A stretch of DNA of 64,000 nt from Christensenella sp. UBA4626 (lineage in GTDB: Bacteria > Bacillota > Clostridia > Christensenellales > UBA1242): NCBI GenBank assembly GCA_002406115.1, contig DHNC01000035.1:23349-87348 (forward strand), in the 5' to 3' direction. A program made the translations under genes and the position numbers. Below are positions 37,358-46,758 of the stretch, piece after piece. Position 1 is the stretch's first letter. Every line of letters begins with the position of its first letter. The notes under the pieces were generated by a model, which saw only the letters and a program-made list of their open reading frames with translations, was not told the origin of the DNA and did not search any database.

Positions 37358-38359
37358 ATGAAAATAGTTGTTGATGCATTTGGTGGCGATTATGCACCTT
37401 TTGAAATTGTTGCTGGGGCGGTTAAGGCTCTTCAAGACAATCCAGAACTCAAAGTTGTTTTGGTTGGCGATAAGGATAAAATAACAGAAATTTTGCAAGA
37501 ATTGGTTTTTGTTAGCGATAGGTTGGAAATTGTCCACGCACCAGATGTTGTCACCAACGATGATGTGCCAACAGTTGCAATCCGCACAAAAAAATCTTCA
37601 AGCATTGTTGTGGCTTATGATTATTTAAAAACAAACGAAGATGCCGTGGCTTTGGTTAGTGCCGGCAGCACGGGGGCAACGCTCACAGGTGCAGTTTTAA
37701 AACTTGGCAGGGTTAAAAATGTTTCTCGTCCGGCTTTGGCACCTTTGCTTCCAACAATCAACGACAGCAAAGTTATGTTGGTGGATTGCGGCGCAAATGC
37801 AGATTGCAAACCGGAAAATCTTTTGGATTTTGCCGTGATGGGCGATATTTATATGCGTTCAATGGGTGTTAAAAAACCTCGCATCGGTTTGCTCAACATC
37901 GGAACGGAAGAGGAAAAGGGTGATGAAGTTCACAAACAGGCATATCAACTTCTTAAAACTGCCAAATTGAATTTTGTTGGCAATATTGAGGCAAGAGATG
38001 TGCTTAGAGGCAACGTCGACGTTGTCGTTTGTGACGGATTTTCAGGCAACGTTTGCTTAAAGGCTATGGAAGGCATTGCGGAAGTTTTGTTTAGCGAAAT
38101 CAAAGATATTGCAAAATCCTCATTTAAGGCAAAAATTGGGGCATTGTTCTTGAAAAAGAGCCTCAAAGGTTTGAAAGGCAAATACGATTATACAAAATGC
38201 GGCGGCGCACCACTTTTGGGCGTAAACAAAATCGTGCTTAAATGTCATGGCAACAGCAAAGCACCAATCGTTGCGGACACAATCCAGCAAGCGTACACTC
38301 TTGCAAAAAATAAATTAGTTGAAAAGGTGGCAAAAGCAGTTGAAAAAAGCGAAAAATAG
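37358..38359 (+). CDS. plsX: Phosphate acyltransferase PlsX
   Basis: MKIVVDAFGGDYAP, VSAGSTGA and CDGFSGN motifs. Confidence 0.9.
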   Translation: MKIVVDAFGGDYAPFEIVAGAVKALQDNPELKVVLVGDKDKITEILQELVFVSDRLEIVHAPDVVTNDDVPTVAIRTKKSSSIVVAYDYLKTNEDAVALVSAGSTGATLTGAVLKLGRVKNVSRPALAPLLPTINDSKVMLVDCGANADCKPENLLDFAVMGDIYMRSMGVKKPRIGLLNIGTEEEKGDEVHKQAYQLLKTAKLNFVGNIEARDVLRGNVDVVVCDGFSGNVCLKAMEGIAEVLFSEIKDIAKSSFKAKIGALFLKKSLKGLKGKYDYTKCGGAPLLGVNKIVLKCHGNSKAPIVADTIQQAYTLAKNKLVEKVAKAVEKSEK

Positions 38360-39005
38360 TTTCCTTGAATTATTTGAAAAGTGCAGTAAAGACCTAAAAA
38401 CTTTGGCATTCACTCATTCTTCTTACGCTCACGACCATGGCACTCAATGTAACGAACGTGTTGAGTTTTTGGGCGATAGTGTGCTTTCAACAATCGTAAG
38501 TGATTATTTGTATAAACATTATTTTTATGTTGAGGGCAAAATGAGCAAAATACGTGCAAGTTTTGTTTGCACGGACAGTTTGGCAGACCTTGCCAAGCAA
38601 CTTGACATTGCACCAAGGATTTTGTTTGGCAAAAGCTTCAAAAAAAGTGCCATTTCCAACGCAGTTTTGGCAGACACGATTGAAAGTATGATAGGTGTGA
38701 TGTATTTAACCTATGGTATGCCGTCAATCGCCAATGCGGTCTTGGAGGCTTTGCAGGTCAAACAAAAACTTGCCGCCGGATTGACCAGCACGGATTATAA
38801 AAGCAGTTTGCAAGTCATGATGCAGGAAAGCAAAAGGAAATTGACATATAAAGTTGAAACTTATTTAACCCAAGGCGGGCAAGAAAATTTCCGAGCAAAT
38901 GTGTTTGTCGATGGCGAGTTTGTGTCTTTTGGGCAGGGTTCATCCAAGCGAGAAGCCGAGCAAAATGCCGCTCATTTGGCAATCAGCAAACTTAACAAGC
39001 AATAA
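38340..39005 (+). CDS. rnc: Ribonuclease III
   Basis: AFTHSSY...NERVEFLGDSVL signature and a C-terminal dsRBD. No in-frame ATG. TTG 38340 sits 9 nt after AAGGTGG; TTG 38319 is the alternative. Overlaps the plsX end. Confidence 0.85.
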   Translation: MKKAKNSFLELFEKCSKDLKTLAFTHSSYAHDHGTQCNERVEFLGDSVLSTIVSDYLYKHYFYVEGKMSKIRASFVCTDSLADLAKQLDIAPRILFGKSFKKSAISNAVLADTIESMIGVMYLTYGMPSIANAVLEALQVKQKLAAGLTSTDYKSSLQVMMQESKRKLTYKVETYLTQGGQENFRANVFVDGEFVSFGQGSSKREAEQNAAHLAISKLNKQ

Positions 39006-39071
39006 AATAAGCCAGTCAAATCAAGGGATATTATTCGCACTTGATGTATAGAATATGTTGGGAGAGTTTTA

Positions 39072-39611
39072 ATGGAAAACAATTTGTTTGAACCAATTTT
39101 GGATCAAAATGAAAAAATTTTAAAAGTATACAAGCCAGATACAAAGCGAGCATGGTTTGGCACAATCGTCGTGGTTCTGTTGACCGCTCTTTGGCTTATA
39201 CCTGTCACAATTATATCTTTTTGTGCGGGCGGCGAAGCATTGTCAACCGCAATTATGTTGCTTGTATTTTCGGTGTTGTTTTTGGTTTGCCCAATCATTA
39301 TGGTCGCTTTGTGGTGCAAAAAAACGGTTTATGCCGTCACGGATAAACGTATAATCATTCGCACCGGTTATATCGGCGTTGACTTCAAAAGTCTAAATTA
39401 CAATATGCTGGGCGCAATAACAGTAAACGTTGGTTTATGGGATAAAATTTTACGTAGGAACACTGGCACAATTTCTTTTGGCAGTATGTCAAGCCCGCTG
39501 ACAAATCAAGGTGGGGCAAAGTTTATATTCACATACATTGTTGACCCTTATCAGACAAACAAAGAAATCAGTTCAATCATTGACCAATATCACAACAATA
39601 AAACTGAATAA
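39072..39611 (+). CDS. Membrane protein with bacterial PH (bPH_2/YdbS-like) domain
   Basis: Two TM segments followed by YAVTDKRIIIRTGYIGVDFKSLNY...ISFGS. Confidence 0.65.
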   Translation: MENNLFEPILDQNEKILKVYKPDTKRAWFGTIVVVLLTALWLIPVTIISFCAGGEALSTAIMLLVFSVLFLVCPIIMVALWCKKTVYAVTDKRIIIRTGYIGVDFKSLNYNMLGAITVNVGLWDKILRRNTGTISFGSMSSPLTNQGGAKFIFTYIVDPYQTNKEISSIIDQYHNNKTE

Positions 39612-39719
39612 AACAAGATAGCCTAACGGCTAAAAATTTAAAAATTGATAAAAATCATCAAAAATCATTTGCCAAAATCGGATTTTTGTGATAAAACTAT
39701 GACAAATCGGAGGATAAAT

Positions 39720-39917
39720 ATGTTATTTGAACCACCTATTGATTTATTGGTAGAAAAACTTGGTTGCAGATATATGGTTGCAGTCGTTGTAGGTTCTCGT
39801 GCAAAAGATTTGGAAAATAAAATTCCAACACTCCTCAACGGAAGTGCCAATCTTGCCATTGATTACGCAGCCAACGAAGTTGCACAAGGCGAAGTGATAG
39901 GGGTAAAATCTAACTAG
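39720..39917 (+). CDS. rpoZ: DNA-directed RNA polymerase subunit omega
   Basis: 65 aa, MLFEPPIDLLVEKLGCRYMVAVVVGSRAKDL. SD GGAGG. Position directly upstream of priA as in Bacillus. Confidence 0.75.
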   Translation: MLFEPPIDLLVEKLGCRYMVAVVVGSRAKDLENKIPTLLNGSANLAIDYAANEVAQGEVIGVKSN

Positions 39918-39918
39918 T

Positions 39919-42096
39919 ATGATTGCACAAGTGATTGTTGACATTTCCAATGACGCAGTCGACCGAGTTTTTGACTACATTGCACTTGAAGATACGCAAA
40001 TAGGTATGCGTGTCAAAGTTCCATTTGCTGGCAGATATGTGTTGGGTTATGTCATCAGCTTAAACGAAACATCACAAGTTAAATTGGACAAACTAAAAAC
40101 CATCGCAAAAAATTTGGAAAAAACACCAAAATTGTTGCCAGAGATATTGGACTTATGTCAGTTTATGTCTCGGCACTTTTTTTTGCGTTTATCCGACTGT
40201 ATTCGATTGGCGTTGCCGTCTTGCATAAGGCTGGACAGTCAGCATGAGCAGTTGGAATACAATTTGAGTTTGATTTACGACATTGATACAGCAATAAATA
40301 TCATCGGCAAGCGAGCAAAAAGCCAATTGGCGTGCGTTGCGTTTTTAAATGAAAATCAAACGATAAATTATTCAAAAGCAATTGAAATGTTTGGCAGGGC
40401 AAGTGTGGTTGCCTTGATTGAAAAAGGCATTGTTTTGAAATCTGCCACACGAAAAATGCGTACTCCGTCAGTTGCGGCAAGCACCGAGCAAAAAAATATT
40501 TTAACGCCGGCACAGGCAAGTGCGGTTGAAGCCATGGCAAATAAGGACAAAACATTTTTGCTTAAAGGCGTAACTGGCAGCGGCAAAACCGAAGTGTATA
40601 TGACAATCATTGAGCAGGCATTAAAGCAAAACAAAACTGCCATAATGTTGGTGCCAGAAATTTCTTTGACGCCACAGATGATGCAGCGATTTAACAGCCG
40701 TTTTCCAAATGATGTTGCGGTTTTGCACAGCAGATTGTCGGATGGCGAGCGATTTGACGAGTGGGAAAAGATTTACACAGGCAAGGCTCATGTTGTTTTG
40801 GGCGCCCGCTCAGCAATTTTTGCACCACTATCTAATTTAGGCGTCATTGTTATTGATGAAGAGCATGACGGCTCATATGTAAGCGAAAACAATCCAAGAT
40901 ACGACGCTCACACAGTGGCAGAATTTAGGGCGAGGGCAAACCATTGTCCGCTTATTTTGGGCAGCGCCACGCCGTCGCTGGAAAGTTACAACAAAGCAAT
41001 GAAAGGTGAATATTGTTTGGTTGAACTTAAAAATAGGATAAACGGCAGCGTCATGCCTGACATTGAAATAGTGGACATGACGGGCGAGGTTATGGATGGC
41101 AATATGTCGCCATTTTCAAAAAGCCTTATCACCAAATTGGATAGATGTATAAAAGATAAAAAGCAGGCAATTTTGTTTATAAATCGCCGTGGATTTGCCT
41201 CTTTTGTGATGTGCCGAGAGTGCGGTTATAGGGCAAAATGCGACGATTGCGAAGTAAGTTTGGTCTATCACAAAGAAGACAATCAACTCAAATGCCATTT
41301 TTGCGGCAAAAAATATAGGATGCTGACAAATTGTCCAAATTGCAATAGCACAAACATCCGTTATGGCGCAACTGGCACTGAAAAAGTTTGTGAAGAACTG
41401 GCAAATATGTTCAAAGACATTCCAATTTTCCGCATGGATAACGACACCACACGTGGTAAAGACGGTCACAAGAAAATTTTGACCGAATTTTCCCACACTT
41501 CACCAAGCATTTTGGTAGGCACCCAAATGATTGCAAAAGGTCATGATTATCCACTTGTTTCGCTTGTCGGCATTTTGGATGCGGATATAAGTTTATATAA
41601 CAGCGATTATAAGTCCAACGAAAGGACATTCCAACTTGTAACTCAGGTTGCAGGCAGGGCAGGCAGGAAAAATGCAGATGGGCACGTTGTGTTGCAAACC
41701 TATGCACCAAAACATTATGTCTATCGCTTTGCCCAAAATTATGATTACGAAGGCTTTTACGCAAAAGAAATAAATGTGCGACAAACCACCATGTTCCCGC
41801 CATTTAGCGTCATCTTGCGTATTTTGGTTAGTTCCATTAGCGACGAAAGGGCAAAAGAAGTGACCAAAAAAATTTATGACAATTGCTTAAACATCAAATC
41901 CAAATACGGCAAATCTATTATCTTTTTGCAGGCGATGCCTTCACCTGTCAAAAAAATCCAAACAAAATATCGCTATCAAATCTTGACCAGATTTGTTCCA
42001 AGTGATACAATAACAGCAGATTTTTACGCTGCTAGCGATTTGATTGAAAAAGATGTCAGCATTTTTGTTGAAACAAATCCTAACAGTTTGCGATAA
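39919..42096 (+). CDS. priA: Primosomal protein N' (replication restart helicase PriA)
   Basis: GVTGSGKTEVY Walker A, DEEHD box and Cys-rich zinc region (CRECGYRAKCDDCEVSL...CHFCG...CPNC). Confidence 0.9.
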   Translation: MIAQVIVDISNDAVDRVFDYIALEDTQIGMRVKVPFAGRYVLGYVISLNETSQVKLDKLKTIAKNLEKTPKLLPEILDLCQFMSRHFFLRLSDCIRLALPSCIRLDSQHEQLEYNLSLIYDIDTAINIIGKRAKSQLACVAFLNENQTINYSKAIEMFGRASVVALIEKGIVLKSATRKMRTPSVAASTEQKNILTPAQASAVEAMANKDKTFLLKGVTGSGKTEVYMTIIEQALKQNKTAIMLVPEISLTPQMMQRFNSRFPNDVAVLHSRLSDGERFDEWEKIYTGKAHVVLGARSAIFAPLSNLGVIVIDEEHDGSYVSENNPRYDAHTVAEFRARANHCPLILGSATPSLESYNKAMKGEYCLVELKNRINGSVMPDIEIVDMTGEVMDGNMSPFSKSLITKLDRCIKDKKQAILFINRRGFASFVMCRECGYRAKCDDCEVSLVYHKEDNQLKCHFCGKKYRMLTNCPNCNSTNIRYGATGTEKVCEELANMFKDIPIFRMDNDTTRGKDGHKKILTEFSHTSPSILVGTQMIAKGHDYPLVSLVGILDADISLYNSDYKSNERTFQLVTQVAGRAGRKNADGHVVLQTYAPKHYVYRFAQNYDYEGFYAKEINVRQTTMFPPFSVILRILVSSISDERAKEVTKKIYDNCLNIKSKYGKSIIFLQAMPSPVKKIQTKYRYQILTRFVPSDTITADFYAASDLIEKDVSIFVETNPNSLR

Positions 42097-42119
42097 AATT
42101 TAATTTAAAGGAGAAAAAT

Positions 42120-42596
42120 ATGGCAGTTAGAGAAATTGTCCAACACACAGATAGTTTTATTAGAAAAAAGAGCAAGCCAGTCAAAGTTTTTGACGACAAG
42201 TTGTGGCAACTGCTTGACGACATGAGGGAAACTGTAAATCTTGCTCATGGCTCAGGTTTGAGTGCTGTTCAAGTGGGTGTGCTTAAACGTGTTTATGTGG
42301 TTTGCATCAACGAAATTTATATGGAATTTATAAATCCAGAAATCATTGCAACAAGCGGCAAACAGTATCACAAAGAGGGCTGTTTGAGTGTAAAATTGCC
42401 TTTTGATTATGTCGAAAGACCTCAAACCGTAACTGTTAGGGCGTTTGACCGCTACGGCAATCAATTTACATTCACTTGCGAAGGGTGGACAGCGGTTTGC
42501 GTTTGTCATGAAACTGACCATTTGGATGGCGTGCTTTACATAGACAAAATTTGCACTCCACCAACAGGTTTTGTTGACGAGGATGAACAAGAATAA
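42120..42596 (+). CDS. def: Peptide deformylase
   Basis: GSGLSAVQVG, EGCLS and HETDHL motifs. Confidence 0.9.
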   Translation: MAVREIVQHTDSFIRKKSKPVKVFDDKLWQLLDDMRETVNLAHGSGLSAVQVGVLKRVYVVCINEIYMEFINPEIIATSGKQYHKEGCLSVKLPFDYVERPQTVTVRAFDRYGNQFTFTCEGWTAVCVCHETDHLDGVLYIDKICTPPTGFVDEDEQE

Positions 42597-43513
42597 TGAA
42601 AATTGTATTTTTTGGCACTGGTGAATTTAGTGCAGTTGTGTTAAAAAGTTTGGTTGAAAGCGGCAAAAATGTTGTCGCAGTTGTTTCGCAGCCGGACAAA
42701 GTTAATGGCCGAAATGGCAAAATAATTTATTCACCTATCAAGCAATTTTGCTTATCAAATGATATAAAATTGTTTCAGTTTGAAAAACTAAACAGAGATG
42801 GCGAAGCGGAGTTAAAAGCCTTAAATCCAGACGTATTTGTAACAGCAAGTTACGGGCAAATTATCAAACAAAACATCTTGGATATTCCTCGTTTTGGCAC
42901 TTACAATGTGCACGCAAGTCTGTTGCCAAAATATAGAGGCTCATCACCAATTCAATGGGCAATTATGAATGGGGAAAAGACAACCGGCATCACGATTATG
43001 AAAACCGAATTGGGCTTGGACTGCGGCGATATGTATCTTCAAAAAGAAATACAAATTGAAGATAGCGATACATCATCTAGTGTATTTAACAAACTTGCGA
43101 TACTAGGGGCGGAATGTATTAACGAGTTTTTGGATAATATAGAATTTTATTTGAAAAACGGCAAAAAGCAAGATGAAAGTCAAATGACCTATTTCCCTAT
43201 GATAAAAAAAGAGGATTATTTGCTTGATTTTAACCTGACGGCAAATGCGTTTGTAAACAAGGTTAGAGCGTTGGAAAATTGCTATTTTGTATACAACGGC
43301 ATGAGATATAAAGTTCAAAAAGCATCAAGCGTAAAAATGCAAGGCAAGCCGGGCGAAATTTTAAGTTGCAACTCAAAATCTGGTTTGATTATTGCCACAA
43401 AAACCGATGCTGTTGAGATAGAAACAATCCAGCCGGAAGGCAAACAAAAAATGCCAGCAAAAGCATATATGAATGCCAACAAATTTTGCTTGCATGATGT
43501 TATAAATAATTAA
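42596..43513 (+). CDS. fmt: Methionyl-tRNA formyltransferase
   Basis: MKIVFFGTGEFS..., NVHASLLPKYRGSSPIQWAI. Follows def. Confidence 0.9.
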   Translation: MKIVFFGTGEFSAVVLKSLVESGKNVVAVVSQPDKVNGRNGKIIYSPIKQFCLSNDIKLFQFEKLNRDGEAELKALNPDVFVTASYGQIIKQNILDIPRFGTYNVHASLLPKYRGSSPIQWAIMNGEKTTGITIMKTELGLDCGDMYLQKEIQIEDSDTSSSVFNKLAILGAECINEFLDNIEFYLKNGKKQDESQMTYFPMIKKEDYLLDFNLTANAFVNKVRALENCYFVYNGMRYKVQKASSVKMQGKPGEILSCNSKSGLIIATKTDAVEIETIQPEGKQKMPAKAYMNANKFCLHDVINN

Positions 43514-43522
43514 AAATTAAAT

Positions 43523-44539
43523 ATGAAAATTTTAAGCGATTTTACTTTAATAGAACTGAAAAATGAGTTGAAAGATTTGCCTCCTTTTAGGGCAAAGCAG
43601 ATTTTTGATGCCATTTTGCAGTCAAAAGATTACGACCAAATCCAATTTTCCGCAAATTTAAAGGCAAAATTGCAAAAGGAATATATTTTAAAACCAGTTG
43701 AAATCTTCAAGGTTTACACAAGTCAGGACGGAACAAAAAAGTATTTGCTTAAATTGCATGATAACAACCTTGTTGAGAGCGTGTTTTTACGCCAAAACTA
43801 TGGCAACACAATCTGCCTTTCAACGCAAGTTGGCTGCCGCATGGGATGTAAATTTTGTGCCTCAACTTTGAATGGTTTAATCCGCAATTTGACCGCTGGT
43901 GAAATGCTGTCTATAATTGCCGCCTTAAATGCGGACAACGGCAAATGCACGGAACGCAACTTTTCAAACATCGTATTGATGGGCAGCGGGGAGCCACTGG
44001 ATAATTTTGATAATGTTGTCAAATGGTTGGATTTAATTTGCTCACCGGACGGCTTTAATGTTAGCGAACGCAACATTTCTTTGTCTACGTGTGGTATTGT
44101 TAATCGTATTTACGATTTGGCAAAACTCAAATACAACATCACTTTGTGCATCTCACTCCACGCGACTGAGGACGAAATCCGAAAAACCATTATGCCAATT
44201 GCTAATCGCTACACGATTGAAGAAATCATCAAAGCGGTCAAAGACTATGTAAAAATAAACAACCGCCGTGTCGTTTTTGAATATTGCCTCATTGACGGCG
44301 TAAACAATAGAGAACAGGATATTTTGGCGTTAAAAAATCTCACAAAAGGCTTTAAAAGCCATGTAAACGTCATCTGCCTTAATCCAAATGGTGGCAGTTT
44401 GAAGGCAACAACCCGCCAACAAGCAGTTGATTTTGTCGAGCGTTTAAATGAGGAGGGCGTCAGTGCAACTTTGAGGCGTAGTCAAGGTGACGACATCGCT
44501 GGTGCTTGCGGAATGCTGCGTGCAAAACATTTAAACTAG
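43523..44539 (+). CDS. rlmN: 23S rRNA/tRNA A2503/A37 C2-methyltransferase RlmN (radical SAM)
   Basis: CRMGCKFCAS radical-SAM cluster, MGSGEP and a C-terminal GACG motif. Confidence 0.9.
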   Translation: MKILSDFTLIELKNELKDLPPFRAKQIFDAILQSKDYDQIQFSANLKAKLQKEYILKPVEIFKVYTSQDGTKKYLLKLHDNNLVESVFLRQNYGNTICLSTQVGCRMGCKFCASTLNGLIRNLTAGEMLSIIAALNADNGKCTERNFSNIVLMGSGEPLDNFDNVVKWLDLICSPDGFNVSERNISLSTCGIVNRIYDLAKLKYNITLCISLHATEDEIRKTIMPIANRYTIEEIIKAVKDYVKINNRRVVFEYCLIDGVNNREQDILALKNLTKGFKSHVNVICLNPNGGSLKATTRQQAVDFVERLNEEGVSATLRRSQGDDIAGACGMLRAKHLN

Positions 44540-44643
44540 TTTGATTTTGGGATAGATAAACATTTTTTGCGACAATATGTTTAGTTTTAATAAATAAATC
44601 AATTTAATTTTCTTTGCTTGATATTTAATTCATTTTATTCACA

Positions 44644-44675
44644 AAAAAATCACCATTTATTTGGTGATTTTTTGT
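44644..44675. terminator. Bidirectional terminator between rlmN and the convergent gene
   Basis: AAAAAAATCACCA/TGGTGATTTTTT stem. Confidence 0.7.
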
Positions 44676-44698
44676 TTCAAATCTATGTAAAAATGATT

Positions 44699-45139
44699 TT
44701 ATTCAGCATTAAATGTTTTGTAAGCAGTTTTCCAAATTGCTGCGTCCAATTTTTGCAAATAGATAGAAAGTTCACGGATTCTATCAATTATATCGTCAGA
44801 TTTTTGAATAGAAAGTTTGTAAGTCAACTTTTTCAAAATATGTGTTGTTGCGTCAAGGTCGGTTGCAGTGTTTACAAATTGAGTTTTGAGTTTGATTTCG
44901 TTTTGAAGCAACTCATTTGACCAAACAACCAAATTGCGTAAAAGGTTGTTTATTGTGTAATGGTCGAATTTTCCGTCAGCAAATTTTTGAAGATGGTCTT
45001 TGATTGCATCCAACAAAATGATTTGAGTTTTATTATCCTCAACAGCGTAAATATCTTCAACTTTTTCGCTCAACTCTTTGACGATAGGTTTGACGATTTC
45101 TTTGTATTTTTCAAGTGGAACACGCTTTAAAATTTCCAT
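44699..45139 (-). CDS. Hypothetical helical protein
   Basis: 146-aa ORF with strong SD GGAGG. No motif recognised. Confidence 0.55.
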   Translation of the reverse strand: MEILKRVPLEKYKEIVKPIVKELSEKVEDIYAVEDNKTQIILLDAIKDHLQKFADGKFDHYTINNLLRNLVVWSNELLQNEIKLKTQFVNTATDLDATTHILKKLTYKLSIQKSDDIIDRIRELSIYLQKLDAAIWKTAYKTFNAE

Positions 45140-45398
45140 ATTATCCTCCTAAAAGTATCTAGATTTTAGCATGATTTTTAAATTTGTCAAGTCCAAACTC
45201 AAATTTTCTTTTTTTGTCAAATGTATGCGACAAAAAATTTGTTTTTCTTTCAATTTTCGCTATTTTGAGCCTAATTTAACAAAAATTTAATTATATCGGG
45301 CAAAACAATCAAAATGTTTAACAGGATTTTTTTAAAGTTACTTTTTTTTTGTTTCCTTTTAAAATAGTTTGTGCTAAAATAAGGCTAAGGAGAGTATT

Positions 45399-46055
45399 GT
45401 GAAAAAAATAGTTGTTTCAGCATCAAGTTTGCCAGCAGGCAGAAATATGTCCAGCCAAATAGAGTATTTGGAGCGTGTTTCAAATTATGGCGCAGATATG
45501 TATCACTTTGATGTTATGGACGGGCAATTTGTTAAATATAAATCGGTTGATTTTGCGTATTTGGAGCAGTTAAAAGAGCGTACAGCATTGCTTTTCGATT
45601 GCCACCTTATGGTGAACGACCCAATCAAAGTGGTCGATAAATACATTAAAAACGGCGCAAACATCATCACTTTTCATCAAGAGGTTTTAAACGAAGAGCA
45701 AACACATAAATTGATTAAGCACATCAAAAGCAAAGGCGTTATGGCTGGCTTGGCAATTGATTTGGATACAGATATTTCAAAGGTTGACCCATTTTTAAGC
45801 GAACTTGATATGGTTTTGGTTATGTCAGTTAAAGCCGGCAAGGGCGGGCAAGAATTTCAAAAGTCCGCATTGCAAAAAATCAAATATGTGCGTGGCAAAA
45901 ATACAAAGATTTTGATTGAGGTTGACGGCGGCATAAACGACAAAACAGCCGCACAAGCCGTTCGTGCAGGGGCAGATATTGTTGTGAGCGGCAGTTATAT
46001 TTACAACAACGACGCATACGAGTCAATTCAAAAGTTAAAAGGTAACAATGGATAA
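45399..46055 (+). CDS. rpe: Ribulose-phosphate 3-epimerase
   Basis: HFDVMDGQFV, CHLMV, MSVKAGKGGQEF and VDGGI motifs. GTG start after AAGGAG. Confidence 0.85.
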   Translation: MKKIVVSASSLPAGRNMSSQIEYLERVSNYGADMYHFDVMDGQFVKYKSVDFAYLEQLKERTALLFDCHLMVNDPIKVVDKYIKNGANIITFHQEVLNEEQTHKLIKHIKSKGVMAGLAIDLDTDISKVDPFLSELDMVLVMSVKAGKGGQEFQKSALQKIKYVRGKNTKILIEVDGGINDKTAAQAVRAGADIVVSGSYIYNNDAYESIQKLKGNNG

Positions 46056-46758
46056 TAGATATTATTTTGAAAAGCCCAAAAATATAGAGAAATTGAATAT
46101 TCCTTTTTCTTTTTGTTTGTCCGGGCAGGAGGCTCAGCATCTGATAAAGGTTCGTAGGGCAAAGTTGGGTGAAAATATTGTTGCATTTTGCGGTGATGGC
46201 TTTGACTATCATTTTGAAATCACCGAGATTTTGAAAGATAAAGTCAAATTGAATTTAACTAAAAAACAAATCAACAAATCCTATAAAAAACAAGACATCA
46301 CAGTGTATTTGGCGATGATTAAAAATGACGCTCTCACTGAGGCAATCGACCATCTGGCAGAATTGAATGTAAAACACGTCAAGTTGTTTAAAGCGGACTT
46401 TTCCGTTGCAACTTTTGACGACAAAAAACTTGAAAAGCTCAATCAAATTTCAATTCAGGCAAGCAAGCAAAGTGAACGTGCGGATGTGATGACAATTGAA
46501 ATAATTGATAAAAACGATATTAAAAAAGAGAACAATAAAAATATCTTTTTTGCCTACGAAAATTCAACGGGCAAAATTGAGCCATTTGATGACGATTTTT
46601 CGCTTGTCATTGGGCCGGAAGGCGGTTTTTCTAAGGCGGAGGTGGAATATTTTTCCTCTTTTGCAAAAAATGTAAGTTTGGGCGACACCATTTTGCGTGC
46701 ACACGTGGCGTGCGTGGCGGGTGTCAGTATGTTAAAGGCGGTGAGTTATGCGTGCTAG
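46048..46758 (+). CDS. rsmE: 16S rRNA (uracil1498-N3)-methyltransferase RsmE
   Basis: HLIKVRRAKLGE N-terminal PUA-like part and IGPEGGFS...E SPOUT motif. Confidence 0.85.
   Translation: MDNRYYFEKPKNIEKLNIPFSFCLSGQEAQHLIKVRRAKLGENIVAFCGDGFDYHFEITEILKDKVKLNLTKKQINKSYKKQDITVYLAMIKNDALTEAIDHLAELNVKHVKLFKADFSVATFDDKKLEKLNQISIQASKQSERADVMTIEIIDKNDIKKENNKNIFFAYENSTGKIEPFDDDFSLVIGPEGGFSKAEVEYFSSFAKNVSLGDTILRAHVACVAGVSMLKAVSYAC

Noticed and set aside
45209-45237. TTTTTTGTC...GACAAAAAA hairpin in the rpe upstream region as a terminator
   Set aside because: The stem is almost entirely A/T and lies upstream of, not downstream of, both flanking genes. It is likely incidental in AT-rich DNA.
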